Shown one piece after another: positions 9,420 through 18,901 of a stretch of DNA of 42,559 bases. This stretch comes from Vulcanimicrobiota bacterium (GTDB taxonomy: Bacteria; Vulcanimicrobiota; Vulcanimicrobiia; Vulcanimicrobiales; Vulcanimicrobiaceae). The first letter of the stretch is position 1. Each line of letters opens with the position of its first letter. Both the position numbers and the translations under genes were made by a program. The notes below the pieces were generated by a model. It worked only from the letters and a program-made list of their open reading frames with translations, did not search any database and had not been told where the DNA came from. The stretch is from the NCBI GenBank assembly GCA_030043675.1, contig JASHXG010000009.1, positions 1 to 42,559 of the forward strand, given 5' to 3'.

Positions 9420-9514
9420 GCCCTCAGCGTCGCGCGTCGGGCTGGGAAGCTCAATAGAAGAACCCTCAAATGTTCCCGGGCCTCGATCCTTGTGCTTTTT
9501 TTGATGAGCTTATG

Positions 9515-10573
9515 TTATTGAATCTTCTCGATTTGCACGATGCTGAGCGCGCGAATGTATTCTGGGAGCGCGATGAACTGCACGGCGCTGAGATTCTTCT
9601 GTGAACTGCCGTCGCACGTATCGAGCGCCCACGATAGAAACTCGCGGATCGCGGCCGCAGTCGCCGAGTTAGGCTGCTTGGTTGAAACAATTACATACTC
9701 GTAACCAATGAGCGGGTAAGAGTTCGCGCCGGGCGCATAGACCAGGCTCAAACGCTGATCGGGCGGCGTGCGAGGATCGAGCTCCGAGGCACCGGCACGC
9801 ACCGTCTCCGGCGTCGGCAGTAAAAACCTGCCGGCTTGGTTTCCGATCAGGGCGGTTCCGATTCCGGCTTTTGCGACGAGATCGTGAAGGCTCGTTCCAA
9901 CGTAGGAGACGGAGTACGGATTCTTCCGGGTCGCCTGCACCATGCCGGGATTCCCGCTCGCAGTGATCGTCCCGGGCACGGCGGGCCAGACGATCGTAGT
10001 TCCGTAGCCCGGTCCCTGCTCCCACGATGGCGTCGAAAACGTCAAGTATTGCGTGAACAGAAAAGTCGAGCCCGAGCCATCGCTGCGATGAATCGGCAGA
10101 ATGGCGTGGTGCGGAAGTCTCAAGCCGGGATTCAGATCGGCAATCGGCTTGTCATCCCAGTACCGAATGGTCCCGGCGTAGATGCCGGCCAGCGTCGCTC
10201 CATCGAGCTTGAGACCCGCGTGGTTTAGCCCCGGAAGGTTGTAGTTGACGGTCAGGGCAGCGATCGCCAGCGGAACGTTGATGATTTGAGGATTTCCGCG
10301 CAGCTGCTCGTCCGACATAAAGGCATCCGAAGCCCCGATCTGAGCGGTTCCGGCAATCGCCTCCTTTATGCCGATCTCCGAACCGGTCCCGTTTGCCGTG
10401 ATGCGTACCTTCGGGTTCGTCTTAGCGTATTGCGCGATCCAGATTTGAAAGAGCGGATAGAAGAGCGTCGAGCCGGTTTCGACGAGCGTGAGCGCCGCGG
10501 CGCGAGCGGGCGGCGCCGGCAACAGCAGCGCCGCCGCGAGCGATAGGATCAGAGCGAAGCGCAGCCGCGTCAT
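9515..10573 (-). CDS. pstS: Phosphate-binding protein PstS (periplasmic/extracytoplasmic SBP)
   Basis: Track ORF 9515..10687. The internal ATG 10573..10571 overlaps the TGA of the upstream MFS gene (ATGA). Signal peptide MTRLRFALILSLAAALLLPAPPARA, followed by TLVETGSTLFYPL...ITANGTGSEIGIKEAIAGTAQIGASDAFMS, typical of PstS. Confidence 0.9.
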   Translation of the reverse strand: MTRLRFALILSLAAALLLPAPPARAAALTLVETGSTLFYPLFQIWIAQYAKTNPKVRITANGTGSEIGIKEAIAGTAQIGASDAFMSDEQLRGNPQIINVPLAIAALTVNYNLPGLNHAGLKLDGATLAGIYAGTIRYWDDKPIADLNPGLRLPHHAILPIHRSDGSGSTFLFTQYLTFSTPSWEQGPGYGTTIVWPAVPGTITASGNPGMVQATRKNPYSVSYVGTSLHDLVAKAGIGTALIGNQAGRFLLPTPETVRAGASELDPRTPPDQRLSLVYAPGANSYPLIGYEYVIVSTKQPNSATAAAIREFLSWALDTCDGSSQKNLSAVQFIALPEYIRALSIVQIEKIQ

Positions 10574-12093
10574 GCCCCTTCCCCCGTTACCTCGACCAGC
10601 TGCACGACCGTCACGTCTTCCCCGGGAGCGTCGCCGATGCCGATCCGATCGAGCTTGATGCCGGTCGTCTCGATCCGGTACAGCCACGTAACCAGAGCGC
10701 CGAGAAGCGATGTGACGATGAGGATGTAGAGCAAATACTTGGTGCCGATCGAGACCAGCAGGATCGGGAAGAGGAACGCCGTCATCACGGCGCCGACCTT
10801 CGCAAATGCCGCCGCGAAGCCCGCGCCTATGCCGCGGATTTCAGTCGGGAAGACCTCGCCGGCGAGCAAGTACGTCTGGGCGTTCGGACCGAGGTTCGTC
10901 ATGAAATCGAAGAGCATGAACCCGGCAAAAATCAGGAAGATCTTCGATTGGCCGCTGATGTCGACGGAGAGTGACGCCAAGAACAGTCCGACCGCGCAGC
11001 CGATGAAGCCGAAAATCTGCAGCTTGATCCGGCCGACCTTGTCGGCGAGCAGCACCGCAAAGAAGATGCCGACGACCAGCAGCGAGGTAATGAGGGCCGA
11101 CCCCTTCGCCGCGAGCACGTCGTTCATGATCAGATCGCTGGTGCTTCGAACGTGATCGGCCGGGGCTCCGAAGGCGGTGGCCAGAATCGTCGGCGTGAAG
11201 ATGCCGATGCCGTAGGTTCCGAGATCTTGCAAGAACCAGGGGACCGAGGCTAGGATCGTCGCGCGGCGATTGCGCACCGTATTGAAGAGGGCCGCGAAGG
11301 ACGGCCGGCGGGCGCCCGTCTCCGCGTCGCCATTGCCGTCGCCGTGCCGGACCAACGCGATTTCGCTCGGATACTGGGGCGCGCGCACGAGCAGGTTCGC
11401 CATCGCGCGCTCGGCCCGCACCTTTTGTCCTCGGACCAAGAGCCAGTTCGCGCTCTCGGTGATGTAGAACCGGCCGATCGTGACGATGATGGCCGGAATG
11501 ACGGCGGTTGCGAACATCCAGCGCCACGCGTCGAGATTGGGCTGAAAGGCGAGGATCATGAAGCCGACGCCGGTACCGGCCAGGGCGCCGACGGCTTGAA
11601 AGGCAAACGCGCCCAAGACCAGACTGCCACGTTTGGAGCTGGGCGTGTTTTCGGAGATGATCATGTGCGCGGTCGGATAGTCGCAGCCCAGGGCCAGGCC
11701 CAATCCAAACAGACAGATGACCAACGATATAAAGCCCGTCGACAAGACGAGCAGCGCCAGGAAGAGACAAAAGATGATCATCTCGACCACGAACATCCGC
11801 TTGCGGCCGAAGTAATCGGAGAGGCCGCCCAAGGCCACCGCGCCGATCAAAATGCCGAAGAGACTCGCCGCAGTGACGATGCCGGCTTGGGCGGGCGCGA
11901 TGCCGAACTCGCGCGAGATCAGCGGCAGGGCGATGCCGGTCATGAAGACGACGAAGCCTTCGAAGAACTTCCCGGCCGCGGCGAGGTACCAAATCCGCCA
12001 CTGCATGCCGGTCATCGGAGCCGATGCCACGTGCGTCCCGTCGGCCCATTTGGGCAACTCGTCGATATAGTCTTGGACCGATTTAGGCGTCAT
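10570..12093 (-). CDS. MFS phosphate:H+ symporter, PHS (Pho84/PHT1/PiPT-like) family
   Basis: 507 aa. GGAG lies 7 nt upstream of the ATG. The motifs GCDYPTAHMIISENTPSSKRG, VPWFLQDLGTYG and NLGPNAQTYLLAGEVFPTEIRG match, from memory, the GGDYPLS, WFLLDIAFY and NFGPN..TF..PAE.FP.R.R signatures of eukaryotic Pho84/PHT1 transporters. Confidence 0.75.
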   Translation of the reverse strand: MTPKSVQDYIDELPKWADGTHVASAPMTGMQWRIWYLAAAGKFFEGFVVFMTGIALPLISREFGIAPAQAGIVTAASLFGILIGAVALGGLSDYFGRKRMFVVEMIIFCLFLALLVLSTGFISLVICLFGLGLALGCDYPTAHMIISENTPSSKRGSLVLGAFAFQAVGALAGTGVGFMILAFQPNLDAWRWMFATAVIPAIIVTIGRFYITESANWLLVRGQKVRAERAMANLLVRAPQYPSEIALVRHGDGNGDAETGARRPSFAALFNTVRNRRATILASVPWFLQDLGTYGIGIFTPTILATAFGAPADHVRSTSDLIMNDVLAAKGSALITSLLVVGIFFAVLLADKVGRIKLQIFGFIGCAVGLFLASLSVDISGQSKIFLIFAGFMLFDFMTNLGPNAQTYLLAGEVFPTEIRGIGAGFAAAFAKVGAVMTAFLFPILLVSIGTKYLLYILIVTSLLGALVTWLYRIETTGIKLDRIGIGDAPGEDVTVVQLVEVTGEGA

Positions 12094-12165
12094 TTAAGCG
12101 CTCCTTTTAATGCAGAGCATGCGGACGGGCGGCTGGAGTTGCGATGGACGCCATTTTACAAAGAT

Positions 12166-12181
12166 TTGGTTAACGTTGGTT
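12166..12181 (-). promoter_or_regulatory. Direct repeat TTGGTT-N4-TTGGTT in an AT-rich island upstream of the MFS-pstS operon (candidate Pho-box-like operator)
   Basis: TTGGTTAA at 12166 and TTGGTTTA at 12176 have a 10-bp period. They lie 73-88 nt upstream of the MFS ATG, in the only AT-rich stretch of the 104-nt intergenic region. The regulator identity is pure inference. Confidence 0.2.
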
Positions 12182-12197
12182 TATGAAGTGCGCGAAA

Positions 12198-12971
12198 TCA
12201 GTCACCCTGATCTACCGACGCGAAGACCGCCAGCGAGTGTTCGAAAGAATCGGCCGAGATGCCTAGGGGGCCGGAGAACGGGCGATGCAGCACCAGGGTG
12301 ATGAAGAGCAGGGTGCCGATGAGCGCCGCCAAGAGCACCGAAAAGAGCACGTGCGGGTACGTCGCCGGCGTGTGCATCACGAACGTCATCCCCACCACGA
12401 TGGCTCCGCCCACGAGCAGCCCCACCCAGAGCACGGCCGGAAGCGATCCGCTCGCCTCTAAGGTCCGGCGGTTTCGGTCGGCCGCGACGGTGCGCATCGT
12501 CTGCAAGAACTCCAGGCCGATCGGCGAGGCGGCTACCCTCGGGCTCATCGTCCTGTACGCGCCATAGATCGCGCCGAGATCCCGCCGCGCGCGTAAGCTG
12601 GCACCTCCGGTCGCAGCTTGAATCGGCCATTCGTCTACGACGACCGTCTGCGTGTACTGCCGGAGGAGCACCCGCAAGCGTTGCTGCTCCGGGTTCGGAA
12701 GCCCGTCGGTCTGACGGTAGAGCGTCGTGAGCGTCGAGGCTTCTTCAGCAACATTGTCCTTGGCCGCACCGTAACTCTGCCAAACGGCGATGACCGAAAA
12801 TGCAAGCAACACCGCGTAGATCGTGCCCGCGGTCTGGAAGATCGGCACCGGCAGATCGTTGTGCCCTTCGCTGACGCGCCCTCTCATGAAAGCACGAACG
12901 AGGAGCACGCCCGTCAACGCATACAGGATTGCAAGTCCGATAACGGCGGCCGCAAGCATCACGAGCCCCAT
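12198..12971 (-). CDS. Hypothetical membrane protein (DUF4239-like by recollection)
   Basis: 257 aa, with N-terminal TM helices, a central soluble segment (AEEASTLTTLYRQTDGLP) and C-terminal TM helices. The family assignment is tentative. Confidence 0.55.
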   Translation of the reverse strand: MGLVMLAAAVIGLAILYALTGVLLVRAFMRGRVSEGHNDLPVPIFQTAGTIYAVLLAFSVIAVWQSYGAAKDNVAEEASTLTTLYRQTDGLPNPEQQRLRVLLRQYTQTVVVDEWPIQAATGGASLRARRDLGAIYGAYRTMSPRVAASPIGLEFLQTMRTVAADRNRRTLEASGSLPAVLWVGLLVGGAIVVGMTFVMHTPATYPHVLFSVLLAALIGTLLFITLVLHRPFSGPLGISADSFEHSLAVFASVDQGD

Positions 12972-13102
12972 GTCGACTTATTCGCTGCGCCGGTTTCGCT
13001 CGCCCGGGCGATTGCTTAATGCGGCTTAACGTTCTACAGGGTAACCGGCGGATGCAACTAATCTTGTGCGCTCCCAAGCAATAAAAACGAGGAGAAAGAA
13101 CG

Positions 13103-13327
13103 ATGGCCGATCACCAAAGAGCCGCGGAGCACCATCGGAACGCGGCCTACCATAGCCGACATGCCGCGCACCATCACGAGGAGGCCGCTAAGCACCACTC
13201 GGCCGGCGATCACGAAAAAGCTGCCCACCATGCACACGTGGCGCACGGTCACCACCTCAACGCCGAGCACCATCACCACGAAGCGGCAAAGCATCACGCT
13301 AGTGAATACGGGGAAGGCAAGACCTAA
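13103..13327 (+). CDS. Histidine-rich small protein (74 aa)
   Basis: Strong SD (GAGGAG) upstream of the ATG. By my count 23 of 74 residues are His, arranged in repeated AA-x-HH / EHH units. It ends 9 nt before glgP. Confidence 0.7.
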   Translation: MADHQRAAEHHRNAAYHSRHAAHHHEEAAKHHSAGDHEKAAHHAHVAHGHHLNAEHHHHEAAKHHASEYGEGKT

Positions 13328-13336
13328 CACCACTTT

Positions 13337-15814
13337 ATGACGACCGATACGCGCGGTGAGGATGCGACGACCGACGGACGCGCGTCGCTGCGCTTTTTCG
13401 GCAGTCCCGACTCGCTCTACGAACGCCATCTCCTCTTCGATAACGCGATCGATCCAAAAGTCGTCGACGACCGCGAGCGCTTTGAGGCGCTCGCGCGCTC
13501 GGTCCGCGACGTCCTTTCAGAGCGCTGGGTCGCGTGCAAGCACGCTTACGAGCTGCACAACCCGAAACGCATCTACTACCTTTCGATGGAGTTCCTGATC
13601 GGGCGCTCGCTGGCAAACAACGTCACGAATCTCTTGATCGAGCCGCTCGTGCAAGAGGCGATCGACGATGGCGAGATCGAATGGCTGTCGCTGCTCGACG
13701 AGGAGCCTGATGCCGGTCTCGGCAACGGCGGCCTCGGCAGGCTCGCTGCGTGTTTCCTCGACTCGATGGCGACGATGGAACTCCCGGCCATGGGTTACGG
13801 GCTGCGCCATGAGTTCGGAATGTTCCGCCAATCGATTGCCGACGGCTGGCAGCACGAGGATCCGGATAACTGGTTGCGGCGGGCAGACCCGTGGGAGATC
13901 AAACGCTTACACGAAAGCGTCACGGTACCGTTCAACGTGTCCTTCGATCTGGCCGGCGGCACGCTCCGCGCCAAAGCCGGAAAGGCATCTTACTTGTGCG
14001 GGGTTCCGTACGACCGCCCGATCGTCGGATACGGCGGCAAGACGGTGAACACGCTGCGGCTTTGGGCGGCGTCCGCACCCGATTACTTCGATTTTTTGGA
14101 GTTCAGCGAGGGCGACTTCGTCACGGCGATGGTTCACACGCTTACGGCCGAGACGGTCACGCGCGTGCTCTATCCCGACGACACGACGAACCAGGGCAAG
14201 TCGCTCCGCTTCATTCAAGAGTACTTCTTGGTCGCGTGCTCGCTCGCCGACCTGATCCGGCGATTCCGTCGAGCCGGCAACGACTGGCACCTGCTGCCCG
14301 ACAAAGTGGCGATTCAGCTCAACGACACGCACCCGGCGCTGGCCGTCCCCGAGCTCATGCGCGTTCTGCTCGACGAGGCGCACCTAGGGTGGGACGAGGC
14401 CTGGCAGCTCACGCAGCAGACGCTCGCGTACACGAACCACACCCTGTTGCCCGAGGCGCTCGAGGTTTGGCCGGTTCGCTGGTTCGAGTTGCTGTTACCT
14501 CGTCACCTCGAGATCATTTACGAAATCAACCGGCGGCTGCTCGACGAGGTTCGCGAACGCTTCCCCGGTGACGAAGGGCGCGTGGAACGCATCAGCCTGA
14601 TCGAAGAAGGGCCGGTGCGCCGCGTGCGCATGGCAAATCTCGCCATCGTCGGCTCGCACAGCACCAACGGCGTCGCACAGCTGCACTCGCACCTGTTGCG
14701 CACCGTGACCGTCAAGGACTTAGCCGAGCTCTACCCCGAGCGCTTCAACAATAAGACCAATGGCGTCACGCCGCGGCGCTGGCTGCTGCTCTCCAACCCG
14801 CCGTTGGCGTCGACGATCACCGCCGCAATCGGTCCGGGCTGGGAAATGGACCTCGGGCGTCTGCGCGAGCTGAAGCCGCTGGCCGAGGACTCCGGTTACC
14901 GCGCCGCATGGCGGCGCGCTAAACGTGAAGCTAAGACGCGTTTTGGCGACTGGCTCCTGCGCTCGTTCGACATCTCCGTGGATCCCGATTCGATCTTCGA
15001 TACTCAGATCAAGCGGATTCACGAGTATAAGCGGCAGCTGCTCAACGCGCTGCGCATCGTCATCGTCTACAATCGGCTGCGGGAGAACCCCGGCCTCGAG
15101 ATGCATCCGCGGACGTTCTTCTTCGGCGGCAAGGCCGCGCCCGGATACCATCTGGCCAAGCTCATCATCAAGTTCATCAACAACCTCGCGAGCACGATCG
15201 ACGGCGATCCGGCGATGCGCGGCCGGCTCAAAGTCGTCTTCCTTCCCGACTACAACGTGTCGCTCGCAGAACGGCTGATTCCGGCCAGCGATGTGTCGAA
15301 TCAAATTTCGACCGCCGGTTTTGAAGCCAGCGGAACGAGCAACATGAAGTTCATGATGAACGGCGCCCTCACGGTCGGCACGCGCGACGGTGCTACGATC
15401 GAGATCGCCGAGGAGGCCGGCGAAGACAACCTCTTTCTCTTCGGCCTTACCGCGGATCAAGTCGCCGGCAGCCGCGGCTGGTACGATCCGCATTGGCATT
15501 ACCGGCACGACCCGCAGACGCGTGCCGCCCTGGACCTGATCGCCTCAGATTATTTCAGCCGCTATGAACCCGGCGTCTTCTCGCCGATTCTGCGGACGCT
15601 CTTGGACGACGGCGACTACTACATGAATCTGGCCGACCTTGGATCGTACGTGGAAGCACAAGAGCGTCTCGGCACGCTCTACGCGGACTCCGACGCGTGG
15701 GCCCGCAAAGCGATTCTCAACGTGGCAAGCTCGGGTAAGTTCTCCAGCGATCGCACGATCGAGCAATACGCACGCGAGATCTGGCGAGTCGTCCCGTGCC
15801 CGGCGACACGCTAG
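13337..15814 (+). CDS. glgP: Glycogen/alpha-glucan phosphorylase
   Basis: 825 aa. It carries the PLP-lysine motif [28 protein letters not shown], plus [16 protein letters not shown] and [11 protein letters not shown]. Confidence 0.95.
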   Translation: MTTDTRGEDATTDGRASLRFFGSPDSLYERHLLFDNAIDPKVVDDRERFEALARSVRDVLSERWVACKHAYELHNPKRIYYLSMEFLIGRSLANNVTNLLIEPLVQEAIDDGEIEWLSLLDEEPDAGLGNGGLGRLAACFLDSMATMELPAMGYGLRHEFGMFRQSIADGWQHEDPDNWLRRADPWEIKRLHESVTVPFNVSFDLAGGTLRAKAGKASYLCGVPYDRPIVGYGGKTVNTLRLWAASAPDYFDFLEFSEGDFVTAMVHTLTAETVTRVLYPDDTTNQGKSLRFIQEYFLVACSLADLIRRFRRAGNDWHLLPDKVAIQLNDTHPALAVPELMRVLLDEAHLGWDEAWQLTQQTLAYTNHTLLPEALEVWPVRWFELLLPRHLEIIYEINRRLLDEVRERFPGDEGRVERISLIEEGPVRRVRMANLAIVGSHSTNGVAQLHSHLLRTVTVKDLAELYPERFNNKTNGVTPRRWLLLSNPPLASTITAAIGPGWEMDLGRLRELKPLAEDSGYRAAWRRAKREAKTRFGDWLLRSFDISVDPDSIFDTQIKRIHEYKRQLLNALRIVIVYNRLRENPGLEMHPRTFFFGGKAAPGYHLAKLIIKFINNLASTIDGDPAMRGRLKVVFLPDYNVSLAERLIPASDVSNQISTAGFEASGTSNMKFMMNGALTVGTRDGATIEIAEEAGEDNLFLFGLTADQVAGSRGWYDPHWHYRHDPQTRAALDLIASDYFSRYEPGVFSPILRTLLDDGDYYMNLADLGSYVEAQERLGTLYADSDAWARKAILNVASSGKFSSDRTIEQYAREIWRVVPCPATR

Positions 15815-17460
15815 ACCGCATCTCGCCGCTGGCGGGCAAGCCGGCGCCGCGCGAGTTGCTTATCGACGTATCCCAGCTCATCGATGCATACTACGATCGC
15901 CGCCCGGACGTCGACGATCCCAAGCAGCGCGTCGAGTTTGGGACGAGCGGTCATCGCGGCTCGGCCCTGGAGGGTGCCTTCAACGAGGCGCATATTCTCG
16001 CGATCACGCAAGCGATCTGCGAATACCGCCGGCAACAGGGAACCGACGGACCCTTGTACATGGGGAAAGACACGCACGCCCTCTCAGACCCGGCGCAGCG
16101 CACCGCGCTCGAGGTACTAGCTGCCAATGACGTGACGGCGATCGTCCAGCGCGACGATGGCGTTACACCGACCCCGGTGATCTCGCGCGCCATTCTCGTA
16201 CACAACCGCACGCGTACCTACGGTCTTGCCGACGGGATCGTGGTCACGCCATCACACAATCCGCCTGACGACGGAGGCTTCAAATACAATCCGCCGCATG
16301 GCGGTCCGGCCGATACCGACGCGACCAGCTGGATACAAAATCGCGCCAATACGTTGCTGCGCGAGCGCAACACTGCCGTTAAGCGCAGTCCGATCGAACG
16401 GGCACTACACCATTCGCGTACGAATGCCGAGGATCTAATCGGGCCGTACGTCGACGACCTGCATCGCGTCGTCGACATGGACAGCATTCGGGGGGCCGGC
16501 CTAAAACTGGGCGTCGACCCGTTGGGCGGCGCATCGATTCACTATTGGGACCCAATCATCGAACGCTATGGGATCGACGTAACCGTCGTCAATCGCACCG
16601 TCGACCCCACTTTTTCATTCATGACGGTCGACCACGACGGCAAAATCCGCATGGACTGCTCGAGTCCGTACGCGATGGCTCGGCTCGTCGCGTTGAAGGA
16701 TCGATACGACCTATCGTTTGCCAATGACACCGACGCCGATCGGCACGGAATCGTGGCGCGTTCGGCCGGCTTGATGGATCCGAATCATTTCCTCGCCGTC
16801 GCGATTCACTATCTGTTGGTGCACCGTCCGCATTGGAGTTCCGACAGCGCCGTCGGCAAAACGCTCGTCAGCAGCAGCATGATCGATCGCGTCGTCGGCC
16901 ACGTGCGCCGGACGCTTTCCGAAGTGCCGGTCGGCTTCAAGTGGTTTGTGCCCGGACTCCTCGACAGTTCGTATTGCTTCGGCGGCGAGGAGAGCGCGGG
17001 CGCGAGCTTCCTGCGGCGCGACGGCAGGGTGTGGAGCACCGATAAGGATGGCCTCATCATGGACCTCCTCGCGGCCGAGATCACGGCGCGCACGGGGAAG
17101 GATCCGGGCGAACACTACCGCGAGCTCGCCGAACGTTTCGGCACGTCCTACTATGCGCGCGTCGATTCCGCAGCGACGCCTGAAGAGAAAGCCAAGCTCG
17201 CTCGGCTCTCACCCGGCGACGTATCCGCCGAGGAGCTCGCGGGCGAGCGCATCACTGCCAAGCTGACGCATGCGCCCGGGAACGGCGCCGCGATCGGCGG
17301 CTTGAAGGTCACGTCCGAAAACGGCTGGTTCGCAGCCCGGCCTTCAGGTACCGAAGACATCTTTAAGATCTACGCCGAGAGCTTCAAGAACGAAGATCAT
17401 CTCCACGCCATCATGGATGAAGCCGGACGCATCGTAAACAAGGCGCTAACAAATGACTAG
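15796..17460 (+). CDS. pgm: Phosphoglucomutase (alpha-D-glucose-1,6-bisphosphate dependent)
   Basis: 554 aa. It has the catalytic-serine loop [17 protein letters not shown], the metal loop [13 protein letters not shown] and the sugar loop [10 protein letters not shown]. The GTG start overlaps the glgP 3' end by 19 nt. Confidence 0.95.
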   Translation: MPGDTLDRISPLAGKPAPRELLIDVSQLIDAYYDRRPDVDDPKQRVEFGTSGHRGSALEGAFNEAHILAITQAICEYRRQQGTDGPLYMGKDTHALSDPAQRTALEVLAANDVTAIVQRDDGVTPTPVISRAILVHNRTRTYGLADGIVVTPSHNPPDDGGFKYNPPHGGPADTDATSWIQNRANTLLRERNTAVKRSPIERALHHSRTNAEDLIGPYVDDLHRVVDMDSIRGAGLKLGVDPLGGASIHYWDPIIERYGIDVTVVNRTVDPTFSFMTVDHDGKIRMDCSSPYAMARLVALKDRYDLSFANDTDADRHGIVARSAGLMDPNHFLAVAIHYLLVHRPHWSSDSAVGKTLVSSSMIDRVVGHVRRTLSEVPVGFKWFVPGLLDSSYCFGGEESAGASFLRRDGRVWSTDKDGLIMDLLAAEITARTGKDPGEHYRELAERFGTSYYARVDSAATPEEKAKLARLSPGDVSAEELAGERITAKLTHAPGNGAAIGGLKVTSENGWFAARPSGTEDIFKIYAESFKNEDHLHAIMDEAGRIVNKALTND

Positions 17461-17513
17461 GGTCATCATATTCACCGCGCGACTCACGGCCGTTACGGGT
17501 ACAACGCCTACCT

Positions 17514-18854
17514 ATGCGGTCCCGCGGTCTTCTGCTCGGCCTCTTTGCGATACTCGCTGCTTGCGGCGGCGGTGGTGGTTCGACGATTCCGATCGCGGTT
17601 CCAGCGGTGTCGCAGGAGGCGATCGCGCCCAACACGGCGGCCGGCAAGTACATCAAGCACGTCGTAATCGTGATCCAGGAGAATCGAAGCTTCGATAACC
17701 TCTTCTCGAGCTTTCCGAACGCCGACGGGACGAAGCGCGGAAAAATGAGCGACGGACGATCGGTCCGGCTCCGCCCGATCGACCTCTACTATCCTAAGTA
17801 TCTCACGAATAGTCACGCAGCTTTCGTTACCGAGTACGCCGACGGCAAAATGGATGGCTGGAACCTGGTCGAGGTCGGTTCTGCCCCATGCGCGCGGTGC
17901 GCTTATGCATATGTGAATCCGTCCCAGATCCAGCCGTATTGGACGATGGCACGCGAGTACGTTCTGGCCGATCATATGTTTCCGGACGAAAGCAGCGGCA
18001 GCTTCACCGGCCATCAGGACCTGATTCGCGGCGATACGGCGATCAACAAGACTGAAAGCCTGATCGACAATCCGTCGAATAGCCCGTGGGGCTGCGATGC
18101 GCCGTCCTTCACCGAGACGCCGCTCATCACCAAGAGCGGGCAGTTCATCAACGACGGACCATTTCCGTGCTTTACGTACGACACGCTCCGGGACGTGCTC
18201 GACGCGAAGAAGGTCTCGTGGAAATACTACGTGCCACCGCTCCTCGGGAACCTTCCCGGCTTGTACTGGGACGCATTCGACGCGATCAAAAAGGTGCGAT
18301 ACGGGCCCGAGTGGAGCGCCGACGTCATCATGCCGGAAAAGAAAATATTTAAAGATATTCGGGCCGGATCATTGGCGGGCGTTTCGTGGGTGATCCCGGA
18401 CGGGGCTAACTCCGATCACGCCGGATTCGCAAAGCACGACACCGGCCCGTCGTGGGTGGCGCAAGTCGTGAACGCAGTCGGTAAAAGCAAATTTTGGAGC
18501 TCCACCGCCATCGTCGTCGTCTGGGACGATTGGGGAGGCTGGTACGATCACGTCCCGCCGCCGCAGCTCACCTATGCCGGTCTGGGAATTCGCGTGCCGG
18601 CGATCGTCATCTCTCCGTATGCCAAGAAGGGCTACGTTTCGCACACGGTCTATCAATTCGGCAGCGTCGTCAAATTCGTCGAGGAGGTCTTCGGGTTGGG
18701 AAGCCTCGGGACGTCCGATCGGAGCTCCGCCAGCATGTTGGACGTCTTCGACTTCACGCAGAAGCCGCGCAAGTTCGAGCCGATCGCGGCGCCGTACTCG
18801 CAGCAGTTTTTCGAGGAGCAACCCGCCTCCAACATCCCGGTCGATACGAACTAA
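17514..18854 (+). CDS. Phosphoesterase-family lipoprotein (PLC/AcpA type), paralogue 2
   Basis: 446 aa. Signal peptide MRSRGLLLGLFAILAAC (lipobox), then KYIKHVVIVIQENRSFDNLF, WDDWGGWYDHVPPP and GIRVPAIVISPYAKKGYVSH. Confidence 0.9.
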   Translation: MRSRGLLLGLFAILAACGGGGGSTIPIAVPAVSQEAIAPNTAAGKYIKHVVIVIQENRSFDNLFSSFPNADGTKRGKMSDGRSVRLRPIDLYYPKYLTNSHAAFVTEYADGKMDGWNLVEVGSAPCARCAYAYVNPSQIQPYWTMAREYVLADHMFPDESSGSFTGHQDLIRGDTAINKTESLIDNPSNSPWGCDAPSFTETPLITKSGQFINDGPFPCFTYDTLRDVLDAKKVSWKYYVPPLLGNLPGLYWDAFDAIKKVRYGPEWSADVIMPEKKIFKDIRAGSLAGVSWVIPDGANSDHAGFAKHDTGPSWVAQVVNAVGKSKFWSSTAIVVVWDDWGGWYDHVPPPQLTYAGLGIRVPAIVISPYAKKGYVSHTVYQFGSVVKFVEEVFGLGSLGTSDRSSASMLDVFDFTQKPRKFEPIAAPYSQQFFEEQPASNIPVDTN

Positions 18855-18901
18855 GGTTCCCCAGTAGGCGCGCCCGGCCGCCTGCCGAAAGAACGGCAAC
18901 G

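Noticed and set aside
9496-9502. A run of seven T residues (plus strand) in the AT-rich spacer between pstS and the CarboxypepD_reg gene, considered as a possible intrinsic terminator.
   Set aside because: I found no convincing GC-rich hairpin immediately upstream. It also lies on the wrong strand for the pstS operon, where it is an A-run on the minus strand. It may simply be part of the promoter region of gene 9057..9419.
10841-12049. Long alternative-frame or antisense ORFs inside real genes. Examples are 10841..12049, 11344..12186, 24692..25438, 24822..25451, 38360..39724, 38665..39582, 40406..41263, 41601..42248, 4384..5160 and 14720..15508.
   Set aside because: Their translations are Arg/Ala/Gly/Pro-rich low-complexity strings with no motifs. 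Each is fully embedded in a gene with clear family signatures. Stop-free alternative frames are expected at this GC content.
18494-18901. Upstream extensions of track ORFs. These are 18494 for the cyclase, 26410 for the glycosidase, 2262 for family-P copy 2, 1066 for copy 1, 10687 for pstS, 40520 for coxG, 7068 for copy 3, 33376 for BASS and 34616 for chrA.
   Set aside because: In each case the extension overlaps the neighbouring gene or is Arg-rich junk. An internal start restores a signal peptide, a domain boundary, or an SD or ATGA/GTGA junction.
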